Positions 37,401-46,417 of a DNA stretch of 64,000 nt are shown here, in pieces; position 1 is the stretch's first letter, and every line of letters begins with the position of its first letter. The DNA is taken from positions 6,285,354-6,349,353 of the forward strand of contig OZ242036.1 of NCBI GenBank assembly GCA_965205075.1, written 5' to 3'. The translations under genes were made by a program, and so were the position numbers. The stretch comes from Candidatus Poribacteria bacterium (GTDB lineage: Bacteria; Poribacteria; WGA-4E; PCPOR2b). The notes below the pieces were generated by a model. It searched no databases and was not told where the DNA came from. It worked only from the letters and a program-made list of their open reading frames with translations.

Positions 37401-39964
37401 CCTCCAGAGAGCGTCGGTGCTGGTTGCCCCAGCTTTATGTAATCCAAACCGACATCGTGTAGGGTTTGCAAAATCTTTGCAATTTTCGGAACGTTTGCAA
37501 AGTGTTCTAACGCTTCTTGCACGTCCATGTTGAGCACATCGGAAATATTCGCTCCTCGGTATTCGACCTGTAGCGTTTCGTCGTTGTACCGTTTTCCCTG
37601 ACAAACATTGCATTTTACCCAGACATCAGCGATAAAGTGCATTTCAATCCGCTTTGAGCCGTTGCCTTCACAGGCTTCGCATCTACCACCCTTGACATTG
37701 AAACTGAACCGTCCCGGCTTATAACCGCGCAGTTTAGCCTCAGTCATCTCAGCGTAAAGCGCGCGAATCTGATCAAACACTTTGGTGTATGTGGCAGGAT
37801 TCGATCTGGGAGTGCGACCAATTGGTGACTGATCGATATCAATCACTTTATCGATGACTTCGTCAATTGGAGATGAGGATGTACCTTGTGTCTGATCGTT
37901 TGTGGATTTTTCCTCTGTAGTGAACCCCCGTATGAGATCATATTCTCCCGGCTGCGCATGTGCCTTCATCAGATCGCGGGCAAGTGCTTCGTATAGAATA
38001 TCGTTGATGAGTGAACTTTTGCCGGACCCACTTACACCTGTTACGCAGGTAAAAACTCCGAGCGGGATTTGTACATCGATATCTTTGAGGTTGTTGTGAC
38101 GTGCGCCACAGACCTCGATCCATTGATTGCCGGTTGGGCGGCGTTCGGTAGGAATTTCGATCTGTTGTTCCCCACGGAGATATTGTGCCGTTAGGGAGGT
38201 TGAATCCTTGGCAATCTCTTGCGGTGTGCCGATTGCCGCGATCTCACCGCCTTTGATTCCCGGTCCCGGTCCGAAGTCAACGATCATATCTCCCGCCCAC
38301 ATTGTATCTTCATCATGTTCGACCACGATTACGGTGTTGCCTTGGTCTCGGAGATGCTTGAGCGTCGTGAGGAGATGTTGATTATCGCGCGGGTGCAAGC
38401 CAATACTCGGCTCGTCGAGAACGTAAACTACCCCTCGCAAGCCTGCTCCGATTTGGCTGGCTAACCGAATCCGTTGGGACTCTCCACCGGAAAGTGTGGG
38501 TGCGGTTCGATCTAAAGTGATGTAGTGCAACCCAACATTCATCAAGAACCAAAGGCGTCCCTGAATCTCTTTCAGCAAATCAGTCGCAATGAACGCCTCA
38601 CGCTCCGGTAGTTGAAGTTTTTCAAAGAACCTAAAACAATCACCGACTGCCATTGTAACGACATCAAGGATGGATTTTTCGTCGATTGTCACAGCTTTCA
38701 CTTCTGGCTTGAGTCGTGTCCCGTTGCAATCTGGGCATGTACCGGAAACCATGTATTTTCCGTAGTAACGTTTCACAAGTTCTGAGGTTGCTTGGAAATA
38801 CTTCCTTTCTTCAGGCGGAATCACACCCTCAAATGCGGCTTCGTACTTGTAGCGGCGATTGCGGCGGGAGCGATAGACGAAAGGAATCTGCTCTTTTCCA
38901 GTACCATAAAGGATAGCGTGTTGATGCTCCTCACCCAACTGCTCCCACGGTGTATCGAGACTAAAGCCGAAGTGCGCGGCTAAGCTCTCGGCGTGATGTC
39001 GCGTCTGCAACGTACCTAGCTGCCCCCAAAAGACAATCGCCCCTTCTCGAATCGATTGCGTTGGATCAGGAACAACCATATCGGGGTCCATCTTTGTTAG
39101 TGTTCCAATCCCTTTACAGGTCGAGCACATCCCCGCGGGACTGTTGAAGGAGAAATTTCGCGGGGCAGGGGGTTCATAGCTGATGTTGCAGTGCACACAG
39201 GTGTAATCTACCCCGAATAGGAGATCGCCCGCTTCCGGCTCTCCTTTGACGATGCTCACAATCAGACGACCTTCTCCCATGCGCAGCGCGGTTTCAACCG
39301 TTTCGGCAACACGGCTGCGAATATCGGGTTTGATAACGATACGGTCAACGACGATTTCAATGTTATGTCGCTGATTGCGGTCAAGTTGAATTTCGGCGGG
39401 CAGGTCGTAGATCTGTCCATCAATTCGTGCCCGGACAAACCCCGCCTTGAGCGCGTCCTCAAGGTGCTCACGATACTCTCCACGGCGCCCACTGACAATT
39501 GGGGCAAGGATTACGATGCGGGTCTGCGATGGTAGGTTGACGATTTGGTCAATAATTGCTTCTGTGGTTTGGGCACCCACCGGTGCGCCACACTCTAGGC
39601 AGTGCGGCGTCCCCACACGCGCAAATAGGACGCGCAGATAGTCGTAGATCTCTGTAATCGTTGCGACCGTTGAACGTGGGTTATTCCCGCCTGACTTCTG
39701 GTCAATCGAGATGGATGGGGAAAGTCCACCGATGAAATCAACGTCGGGTTTTTCCAGTTGTCCGAGGAATTGGCGGGCGTAGGCGGAAAGGGATTCGATG
39801 TAGCGGCGTTGACCTTCAGCGTAGACTGTATCGAATGCCAGCGATGATTTCCCGGAGCCGCTGACACCGGTGAAAACGATGAGGTTATCTTTGGGGAGTT
39901 TGAGATCGATGTTTCTGAGATTATGTTCGCGTGCGCCGCGGATATCAATGAATTCTTCCGGCAT
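34454..39964 (-). CDS. uvrA: Excinuclease ABC subunit A, tandem-duplicated (double-length) form
   Basis: Two UvrA modules, four GVSGSGKS Walker A and four LSGGE motifs, Zn fingers. Start MPEEF has an AAGGA RBS (alternative ATG at 40012). Confidence 0.95.
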   Translation of the reverse strand: MPEEFIDIRGAREHNLRNIDLKLPKDNLIVFTGVSGSGKSSLAFDTVYAEGQRRYIESLSAYARQFLGQLEKPDVDFIGGLSPSISIDQKSGGNNPRSTVATITEIYDYLRVLFARVGTPHCLECGAPVGAQTTEAIIDQIVNLPSQTRIVILAPIVSGRRGEYREHLEDALKAGFVRARIDGQIYDLPAEIQLDRNQRHNIEIVVDRIVIKPDIRSRVAETVETALRMGEGRLIVSIVKGEPEAGDLLFGVDYTCVHCNISYEPPAPRNFSFNSPAGMCSTCKGIGTLTKMDPDMVVPDPTQSIREGAIVFWGQLGTLQTRHHAESLAAHFGFSLDTPWEQLGEEHQHAILYGTGKEQIPFVYRSRRNRRYKYEAAFEGVIPPEERKYFQATSELVKRYYGKYMVSGTCPDCNGTRLKPEVKAVTIDEKSILDVVTMAVGDCFRFFEKLQLPEREAFIATDLLKEIQGRLWFLMNVGLHYITLDRTAPTLSGGESQRIRLASQIGAGLRGVVYVLDEPSIGLHPRDNQHLLTTLKHLRDQGNTVIVVEHDEDTMWAGDMIVDFGPGPGIKGGEIAAIGTPQEIAKDSTSLTAQYLRGEQQIEIPTERRPTGNQWIEVCGARHNNLKDIDVQIPLGVFTCVTGVSGSGKSSLINDILYEALARDLMKAHAQPGEYDLIRGFTTEEKSTNDQTQGTSSSPIDEVIDKVIDIDQSPIGRTPRSNPATYTKVFDQIRALYAEMTEAKLRGYKPGRFSFNVKGGRCEACEGNGSKRIEMHFIADVWVKCNVCQGKRYNDETLQVEYRGANISDVLNMDVQEALEHFANVPKIAKILQTLHDVGLDYIKLGQPAPTLSGGEAQRIKLARELAKRSTGKTLYILDEPTTGLHFDDVKKLLEVLHQLVNMGNTVIVIEHNLEVVKTADYLIDLGPEGGEEGGYVVATGTPEEVAAVEESYTGIALQSALAPRGLEGSSIDNTQYATHSTPHILQESTASYELTNNNEGEYISVHGAHEHNLKHINVDIPHRKFTTFTGVSGSGKSSLALDTIYAEGQRRYVESLSAYARQFLGQLEKPKVEKIEGLSPAIAIEQKAPSKNPRSTVGTVTEIYDYLRVLYARVGTAHCPQCGSEISVQSVQQIVDKIVALADGARLYVLSPLVLRPNEDYPDAFQRLQRDGYARVEIDGEIHPIDRAPKIGKSIRHDVKIVVDRLALEPDERGRLTEAVETATQQSGGTVAVGVINEGKRTGRRSEITHHVFSEHFACVPCGLSFPELTPRHFSFNSSIGQCPACEGIGTIGHRLYTCQECEGTRIQPLARGVTLGGETIAALTAMPIGRTADFFEHLDLLKHQMEIGGTLLKEIQQRLRFLVDIGLHYLTLDRPAPSLSGGEMQRIRLASQLGSGLTGVTYILDEPSIGLHQRDQERLLNALKGLRDLGNSVLVVEHDLETMLASDHILDFGPRAGKFGGEIVAAGSPTEIQQSEQSLTGGYLTGKLKIDVPPQRRQGKGELLEMIGVRTNNLQNIDVEIPLGTLTCVTGVSGSGKSSLIEETLYPVLVSNLNRTRMRAGEYRSMYGLDCLDKVINIDQQPIGDTPRSNPATYTDLFTKIRYLFADLPDAKVHGFDSRRFSFNQKTGQCETCRGHGFNKVEMHFLADVWVKCETCGGTGYNHETLQIYYKGKNIADILAMTVQEALEHFQSVPTIQRPLQMLYDVGLDYIELGQAATTLSGGESQRVKLARELSKRSTGKTIYIMDEPTTGLHFDDVQKLLTVLNRLVDKGNTIVIIEHNMDVIKSADWIIDLGPEGGAEGGKVITMGTPEEVMATEESHTGRFLRKALTTPA

Positions 39965-39996
39965 AGATTTTCCTTTGGCTGGCGATCTTTCCGTAA

Positions 39997-40230
39997 TTAC
40001 AGACGATTCCATTCATCTAACGAGATTCTATATCCTAATATATTCTCAACTTGTCTCAACAATAAGCGCAGTTGCGACACCGAATATTCTCGGTTATTTG
40101 GGATTGTCAAGTGATGATTTTCATAAGGCATAAAATCGTGTCGTGTACCATGCTGTAGGTTGCCAAATCCGAGTCTCTTTAATTTACGAATAAACAGCCG
40201 CCGCTTACAAGGTCGCCATCTTTGAGCCAT
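39997..40230 (-). CDS. hicA: HicA-family toxin
   Basis: Basic 77-aa protein with KLKRLGF...GTRH..M......TIP pattern. Confidence 0.8.
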   Translation of the reverse strand: MAQRWRPCKRRLFIRKLKRLGFGNLQHGTRHDFMPYENHHLTIPNNREYSVSQLRLLLRQVENILGYRISLDEWNRL

Positions 40231-40594
40231 CCTTCGCCTCATTTAAGTCGATTCCATTAATCACCGGGATAGGGATGTTGCGCTGATGCTTAACAAGAAT
40301 CCAATCATACAATACAGACACCAATTCACGCTGACATTCAGCAAGAGTCTGTCCAAATGCTACAACCCCGGTGCAATCAGGTACTGTTCCGGCGTAGCTT
40401 TTATCTCTTAGCTTTTGATAATCAGCCTTTTCAGTTGCAGCCGCGATGTAGCGGCGACAGGAGGTTTCAAAATCATCAGCAGGTTCACTTGGTAAAAAAG
40501 TGATAATGACTTGAGATTGGGAAATATCCGGAAGTGGTTCCAAAGGGTGTACCACGCCGTTTTCGTAAACTCCTCTGACTGCGAATAAGCTCAT
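40205..40594 (-). CDS. hicB: HicB-family antitoxin with N-terminal DUF104/AF2212-like domain
   Basis: N-term RGVYENGVVHPLEP; C-term Y.GTVPDCTGVVAFGQTLAEC...IPIP; AAGGAG RBS. Confidence 0.75.
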   Translation of the reverse strand: MSLFAVRGVYENGVVHPLEPLPDISQSQVIITFLPSEPADDFETSCRRYIAAATEKADYQKLRDKSYAGTVPDCTGVVAFGQTLAECQRELVSVLYDWILVKHQRNIPIPVINGIDLNEAKDGSKMATL

Positions 40595-40640
40595 GGTATA
40601 GAATCTCCTTTCGATTCGGATTAAGCAATCTATGAGTTCC

Positions 40641-40669
40641 ATTTTACCATAGATTTCAGGCGTCGGCAA
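40641..40669 (-). promoter_or_regulatory. sigma70 promoter proximal to hicB
   Basis: TTGCCG-17 nt-TAAAAT with extended TG on the minus strand. Confidence 0.5.
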
Positions 40670-40767
40670 CTCCCTTTTTCACGGCAATCGGTAGGGCTAG
40701 TTGCGGTAGGTCGGGGTAGCCAATGAAATATATCGGAGGAGATATCTCCATAATTTCATAGACCTTT

Positions 40768-40796
40768 AATATAGCACATATATGTTAAGTGGTCAA
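40768..40796 (-). promoter_or_regulatory. Distal sigma70 promoter with palindromic spacer
   Basis: TTGACC-17 nt-TATATT; spacer contains palindrome ACATATATGT. Confidence 0.55.
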
Positions 40797-40812
40797 TAGA
40801 AAATTAACAAAT

Positions 40813-40846
40813 AAAAAAGCCTTGTCCCGATTATACGAGACAAGGC
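40813..40846 (-). terminator. Intrinsic terminator downstream of lptD
   Basis: Minus strand GCCTTGTCTCG-loop-CGGGACAAGGC-TTTTTT. Confidence 0.75.
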
Positions 40847-40984
40847 GTTATATTATCGCGGATCTCAGTAATCGTTGTATCCAAATTGTTGATTGCTGTG
40901 GGAGAAGAGAGGGCATATCCCAATCAGCGCGAAGAGGTGCGACTAAGAAGAGGATTAGTCGCTTTTCGCGCTGTGGGTTTGGCG

Positions 40985-43900
40985 TTAGAAGTAAGATCGT
41001 CCAAGTGAGTTTCCGACACCGAAGGCGTCGTAAGGTACTCCAGCTGGCAAGGTACGGAAGCCCCATGTATCCGTTGTGGCGTCATAGCCAACCCCGACTG
41101 AAGCAGCGGGTTCTGCAATCAGATTAATCTGAAAGGTGAAGTCTTGTCGCACATTATCGTAGGGGGGTTCCCGCTTAATCCCGATGCGATGCCATCTAAT
41201 CGTCATGTTCCAATTATGCAAGTTGCGTCGTAGCGTTACACTCTGCGAGTAGAACTGTTTTTCGATCCAGTCGTAATTAACACTAAGATTCAATTCAAAC
41301 AATCGATTTGGACGAAATCGAAAACTGCCCGTGAGACTTCGAGAGGCGCGTTGCGTTCTTTTTGTAAAGGCGTTTCCCAACGTTATATTCCATAAGTCGC
41401 GGCGATAACTGACGTTGGACCGGAAGCCAACCTGTTTGAATCGCTTTCCATCGAGGCTCGATTCATTGGGGTCAACTGTAGATCTAAACGTGATATTCAG
41501 GTTTCGGCTCGCTAGCGGAACTATTGTCATTCTACTTTCAATCGGTACATATCGACGTTCACCCAACGCCTCAAATTTGGTAAAATCCGCCGCTATTCGT
41601 GTATAAAACTGAAGCACGCGGAGCGCGGATCTGCTGCCTCGTGTTTTAACTTCAATACTGGTATCGAAGTTATAGGCGAGGTTCTTTCTTTCAAAGAAGT
41701 AGACACTGGGACCAAAAGGGTAAAGTTGGGGAGCATCTTCTCTTTCGACGGGCGGTGCGTAATCAAATGTGACTCTTGAGTTGATTTGGTGGCGCATCCG
41801 ACGGGCTCCCGGAATGTAACTGATGTCATAAATCCGAAATAGCAGATTGCTGGCAGACAACCGTGTGCTGTATATCCCGCGGAAAATGTTTGGGTTTCCT
41901 TCTCGGTCTTTGTCATGCCAGATGAGGTTTGTGTCGAGATCCGCGTCGAATCGCAATTCTCGATTCGGAATTATTTGCAGCACCGTCTGTTTACGGAGAT
42001 CAAAACCGAGATCCATAGTTTGCAAGTAGACATTGTCTTCGTCTCGAAACCGTTCGCGGAAAAAGTTACCGAGATTTACGTCTAAATCAAAACTGGTGCT
42101 CTCAAGCGTTGGAAAAGCAAACATCGAAAGAATAGGGAGATCGGTGTTCAGCGCATCAGCAACTTTGGTGAGTCTAGAATTGATAGTTTCGAAAACAGGC
42201 AGCCTGTCTAAACGCATGCGTGAGAGCGAGAGTTCGAGTGCTGGTAACTTTTGCAAGTTTGTTGTTCCTTCACCGGTGAGGCTTAATGTATGATTAACTT
42301 GTAGTCGTCCCAAGAACTCTCCGATTGTCTTGCTCGAATATCTTAAGTTTCCCTCCTCGTCCCTATCTTCAGCATCCAGTGCAGAATAGGAGGTTCCCCA
42401 TGTAAGCACACCAAAGGAGTTAACCGTAGATTCCTCGATTCCAAACCCCTCTTCTTCAAAATGCTTTGCTCGCCACGCCACGCGTCCCACAAAACCCACA
42501 GGCCGTCGTTGCCTCGCTCGGTTGTCCCATGGGGTGTAGAAAGTGTGCCGGTGCCCCCACCGCATATTCCATCGCCTTCCAGTTTTGAACGGCCTTCGGC
42601 GATCGAAAGAAAACTCATCGTTGGTATAGAAGTAAAGGTCTCCCCTATAAGTACGCCTTTTATCGATTTTAATCAGACGATATCCTTTACCGGTCCTGAT
42701 TACCCCGGTATGCTCACCGCTATAGAGTCGTTGGGCTTGTGTGTAGAGTACGGTCGGCATCTCCCATCGCCCGCGGTAATCGTATTTTTGGTAGACCTGC
42801 CCCTTCTCTGCGTCTGCTTCTTCCGATGGATTTGCTGTCCCATCGTCCTCAACGATATCGGGATTCGGAGGAACTTGTGTATCATTCTCTTCTGCTCCTA
42901 TATTGCTATTCCCGTCCCCCGTTTCCTCGTGCCCGTTTATCTCTTTTAGTTGTTCAATTTCACTCTCTTCTGTCGTTGCAGCTTTCCCAAATTCGGCTTC
43001 CATTACCGCCCACTCCGCTTCAAATTGACGTGCAATTTCTTCAAAGGTTGGGGTCAGTTCCTTTTCGATTAATTCAAGGACATAGGCACCTTGGTCAGTA
43101 TATATGGGCCGAGTTACTGCTCCGGGGGCTTCTAGTCGGGTTACAGGGTGTTTCCAACGTCGATCCATTTCATTTAACAGAAATCCTGTGCCTTCATTAG
43201 CTTCAGAAAGGTCCACTCCCTCATATTGCTCTGCTAATTCTTCGAGAACCTCTCCTGCCTCTGCACGTTCGTGAATTTCCTGAGCAGTCGTCCGGATTGC
43301 GCTCTTGGTCTCCTCGCTTGGTTCTATCGCTACGTCTATTCGACGAATCTGGAGTTCTTGCTGACCATATACATCGAGTACACGGTCAACCTTTAGAATA
43401 TGAAAACCGGATTCCGTTCTCAGAATCGGCGTAACTTCGCCCGGTTGCAGTTGAAAAACCGCCTCTTCGAGGATTGGATCTAGCCGAAGTTCATCTTCCT
43501 CATCGCGCTCTCCACGTACCAGAAAACCTATATCGCCGCCCTGATAGCGCGTGTCCTGATCGGTCGAGTCAGCTTGTGCAATCGCTGCAAAGTCTGCGTC
43601 CGGTTCCTGCAGTCGGGCATGGATATCTTCCACCTTTTCACGAGCAGCGGTGATATCTTCTTCAGAGATCTGATATTCTAGGAAGAGTTGCCGCAGCTTA
43701 TACCGGTCATACTCGCCCTCCAACCGATCCGCTAACTCCTGTGCTTTTTCCTCTAGTTTCGTCCGCTCACTTGGCGTTACATCAGGAGGTATGGGCACAA
43801 TAATTTCTTGGAACTTCACATCGTTTACCCGGTATTTTCCGTCGGCACCGAGCCCACCGCCTCGACGGGCAGAGTGGTCAAACAGCAGTGCACCGTCATA

Positions 43901-44953
43901 TCGAAATCGGCGTGCAAGCGGCAAAATTACGCTGAGGAATACCCCCTGATGGCTACTTGTTCCGACTTTGACGATTACCTTGGCGACTTTGTCTTCTTGG
44001 CGCAGATCGCGACGGTAGGCGGGAAAATAGAAGAGGGGAACACCGCCAACTCTCAGCACAATATTCGTGGCAATCAACTCTTTATTTATCCTGACGATAA
44101 TCTTCGATGCGCTGAAGTAATAATGGGGATGCTTGAGAGAGCATGTTGTCAAAGCCCCACCACGGATGTAGGATTCATCATCTTCGGTCTTAAAGATTTC
44201 AGTGCCGCGGTAGTACCATGGATCACTAAAACTGAATCCTTCACGAATGATCCCTTTTTTTGTTTCAATGTTATAAAGGAGTTCGTTCGCATAGGTTTCT
44301 TCCTTTCCGACGAGCAGATGCACGTTTCCCGCTGCCCGCATTATATTTTCATCGAAATCCGCCCAGATATGGTCTGCATAGAGCACAACCTCGTCATATT
44401 TGATCAATCCGTTACCGTGAATCTGAATCGTGTTTCCGTGAAAGGTGAGATTGTCGCCTTTAGCAAGAAGGTCCCCTGGTTCAGGTAACATATTCTCTGG
44501 ATCGAGTTTTCGACTGACTTGAGTGGGTTCTTCAGGTGTAGGTTCTTCAGATGTGGGTGAATCTGTCGCTGGTGGGGTTTCTGACGTTTCTTCAGGAGGT
44601 TCTGTGGAGGACTCTCCATCGTTGGGGACTTCGGGAGCAGGCGAATCTTCAACTGGCGAAGTTTCTGATGACGCCTCAGCCTGTTCGTCCGAAGCCTGTT
44701 CCTCGGTCGTAGACACAGGGTCGGTTTGCGCGGCTAATTCGCCCATAGGCAAAATTAAGTTAAGCGTGAGAATCGTAAGGGATAGGACGTAAAATGTAAA
44801 ACGGGCTGCACAGGGAGCAAGACGTAAAACGTAAAGTCGGTCCCCCATAGAGCAATTAAGGAATCGGAAACAAGGAGGTTTGGACAACCGGGTAGTTGAT
44901 TTCTTCCCGTTGCCTGCTATTTTCTGCCATTTCTGTGTTTCCCTCCTTGCCAT
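40985..44953 (-). CDS. lptD: LPS-assembly protein LptD with inserted parvulin (PPIase) domains
   Basis: OstA/LptA jellyroll, TTC..PHY, VPLFYFP, barrel strands, C-terminal LRRNLHNW..FTFQINL. Insert carries DFAAIAQADSTD..GGDIG and RTESGFHILKV. Confidence 0.8.
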   Translation of the reverse strand: MARRETQKWQKIAGNGKKSTTRLSKPPCFRFLNCSMGDRLYVLRLAPCAARFTFYVLSLTILTLNLILPMGELAAQTDPVSTTEEQASDEQAEASSETSPVEDSPAPEVPNDGESSTEPPEETSETPPATDSPTSEEPTPEEPTQVSRKLDPENMLPEPGDLLAKGDNLTFHGNTIQIHGNGLIKYDEVVLYADHIWADFDENIMRAAGNVHLLVGKEETYANELLYNIETKKGIIREGFSFSDPWYYRGTEIFKTEDDESYIRGGALTTCSLKHPHYYFSASKIIVRINKELIATNIVLRVGGVPLFYFPAYRRDLRQEDKVAKVIVKVGTSSHQGVFLSVILPLARRFRYDGALLFDHSARRGGGLGADGKYRVNDVKFQEIIVPIPPDVTPSERTKLEEKAQELADRLEGEYDRYKLRQLFLEYQISEEDITAAREKVEDIHARLQEPDADFAAIAQADSTDQDTRYQGGDIGFLVRGERDEEDELRLDPILEEAVFQLQPGEVTPILRTESGFHILKVDRVLDVYGQQELQIRRIDVAIEPSEETKSAIRTTAQEIHERAEAGEVLEELAEQYEGVDLSEANEGTGFLLNEMDRRWKHPVTRLEAPGAVTRPIYTDQGAYVLELIEKELTPTFEEIARQFEAEWAVMEAEFGKAATTEESEIEQLKEINGHEETGDGNSNIGAEENDTQVPPNPDIVEDDGTANPSEEADAEKGQVYQKYDYRGRWEMPTVLYTQAQRLYSGEHTGVIRTGKGYRLIKIDKRRTYRGDLYFYTNDEFSFDRRRPFKTGRRWNMRWGHRHTFYTPWDNRARQRRPVGFVGRVAWRAKHFEEEGFGIEESTVNSFGVLTWGTSYSALDAEDRDEEGNLRYSSKTIGEFLGRLQVNHTLSLTGEGTTNLQKLPALELSLSRMRLDRLPVFETINSRLTKVADALNTDLPILSMFAFPTLESTSFDLDVNLGNFFRERFRDEDNVYLQTMDLGFDLRKQTVLQIIPNRELRFDADLDTNLIWHDKDREGNPNIFRGIYSTRLSASNLLFRIYDISYIPGARRMRHQINSRVTFDYAPPVEREDAPQLYPFGPSVYFFERKNLAYNFDTSIEVKTRGSRSALRVLQFYTRIAADFTKFEALGERRYVPIESRMTIVPLASRNLNITFRSTVDPNESSLDGKRFKQVGFRSNVSYRRDLWNITLGNAFTKRTQRASRSLTGSFRFRPNRLFELNLSVNYDWIEKQFYSQSVTLRRNLHNWNMTIRWHRIGIKREPPYDNVRQDFTFQINLIAEPAASVGVGYDATTDTWGFRTLPAGVPYDAFGVGNSLGRSYF

Positions 44954-45082
44954 ACTACCTTTCCTCTGCTACACTGCAAAATTGCCTAATCGAGAGCAGT
45001 AGAACTTGTTTGAGAATCGAATCCCTCTGCTTCAGTCTCCGCTGTCAGTCAAGCGACTCTGATAGGAAGGAACAACTTACTC

Positions 45083-46381
45083 TTATTTAAGTTCTTCTTT
45101 GATTTTTATAAAGGAATTTTCCTTGAGCAGATCCGTGTAAAGTTGCCATTCTTCTTGGAATTTTTGCTGACGCAGCATCATTCGGATCTGGTCTTTTTCA
45201 GCGTCACTCAATTCAGGGGCAGCACGACTATCGATCTTGAAAATGTGTACGCCGTACGTCGTTTTGAGGGGCGTGCTATACGCTCCGATGGAAAGTCCTT
45301 CGATAATTTTTCGGGTATCAGGATTTAACTCGCTGAGTGAACGAATCCCGAGATCGCCACTGTTAGCTTTCGTCTGTGCGTCGTCGGAGTATTGTTGTGC
45401 AAGCGCGTTGAAATCTTCACCTTGATCTAACCGCTGCAAGAGACTATCTGCGCGTTCATAGGCAGCGTCAATCGCCTGTTCACTCGGCTTCAAACTGACA
45501 ACGAGATGGCGAAACGCTATGGTCTGATCATCTTTACCCTCAACTTTGAAAAGATAAAATCCATCATTGCCTTCAACCGGTTCACTGATCTCGCCGGTAT
45601 TGAGCCCTGAAAGTGTATTGCGAAAGGTAGCCGAGAGGTTCTCCATCTCTGCAATTGGCAGTTCGTTTAATACTCCAATCCCTGCTTGTCTATGCTCATC
45701 ATCAGCATAGCGTTGCGCGAGTGTCTCAAAATCTTTTCCAGTCTCTAATTCCTGAAAAATTGTATCGATCTTCTCAAGGGCTAGTTTGCGATCTGCCTCG
45801 CTTGGCTTGAAAGCAACGAAGATGTGTCGAAGGTGAACCCTATCTGTTTTAGTTGGCAATTGTGAGCGGTTTTCTTCAAAAAACTTCTGTATATCTGAGC
45901 CTCGAATTTGGAGTCTAGGGAGGATACGCTGCATTACAAGTCGTTCCGCCATCAGGTTACGTTTAGCTTGTTCACGGAAAGACATCAGGGTGTAACCTTC
46001 CTTTTTTAACGCTTGAGCAAGCTCCTCTTCGGTCTCAATCTTGTACTGATCTTTGAAGTTTTGCAGATACTGCTCTACTTCAGCCTCTGTGATTTCGATT
46101 TTTAGCGTTAATGCTGTTTCGACGAGAAGCATTTGGCGGATCAACTGATCGAGAAGATCCGCCCGTTCCTGCTCCGCTTTTTGCATCGCTTCGCTCTCAC
46201 TGAACCGGTAGATTTGCTGCAATTCCAATGCTTTTTGCTTCACAACGCTGTCGAGTTCCCATTTGGTGATCACGTCTTCGTTGACATAAGCGATGATTTG
46301 ATCAAACCTTCGCGCAGCAACGGGATTGATTCCAAAATGAATGATCAATAGAATCAGGGCGCAGAAACGCAATATCTTCAT
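45083..46381 (-). CDS. surA: SurA-like chaperone/PPIase
   Basis: Signal peptide, IIAYVNEDVIT SurA N-domain, two parvulin domains (FNALAQQYSDD..SGDLG, TTYGVHIFK). Confidence 0.85.
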   Translation of the reverse strand: MKILRFCALILLIIHFGINPVAARRFDQIIAYVNEDVITKWELDSVVKQKALELQQIYRFSESEAMQKAEQERADLLDQLIRQMLLVETALTLKIEITEAEVEQYLQNFKDQYKIETEEELAQALKKEGYTLMSFREQAKRNLMAERLVMQRILPRLQIRGSDIQKFFEENRSQLPTKTDRVHLRHIFVAFKPSEADRKLALEKIDTIFQELETGKDFETLAQRYADDEHRQAGIGVLNELPIAEMENLSATFRNTLSGLNTGEISEPVEGNDGFYLFKVEGKDDQTIAFRHLVVSLKPSEQAIDAAYERADSLLQRLDQGEDFNALAQQYSDDAQTKANSGDLGIRSLSELNPDTRKIIEGLSIGAYSTPLKTTYGVHIFKIDSRAAPELSDAEKDQIRMMLRQQKFQEEWQLYTDLLKENSFIKIKEELK

Positions 46382-46417
46382 TTGGAAACGGACCTCCTTA
46401 ATCCAAGATTCAACGTT

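Noticed and set aside
40848-41066. 72-aa ORF downstream of and overlapping lptD
   Set aside because: No RBS or motif; the region is better explained as structured RNA plus terminator.
43808-44488. Long antisense ORFs (also 6595-7158, 11651-12244, 20874-21374, 28324-28836)
   Set aside because: Shadows of well-supported genes on the opposite strand; no motifs.
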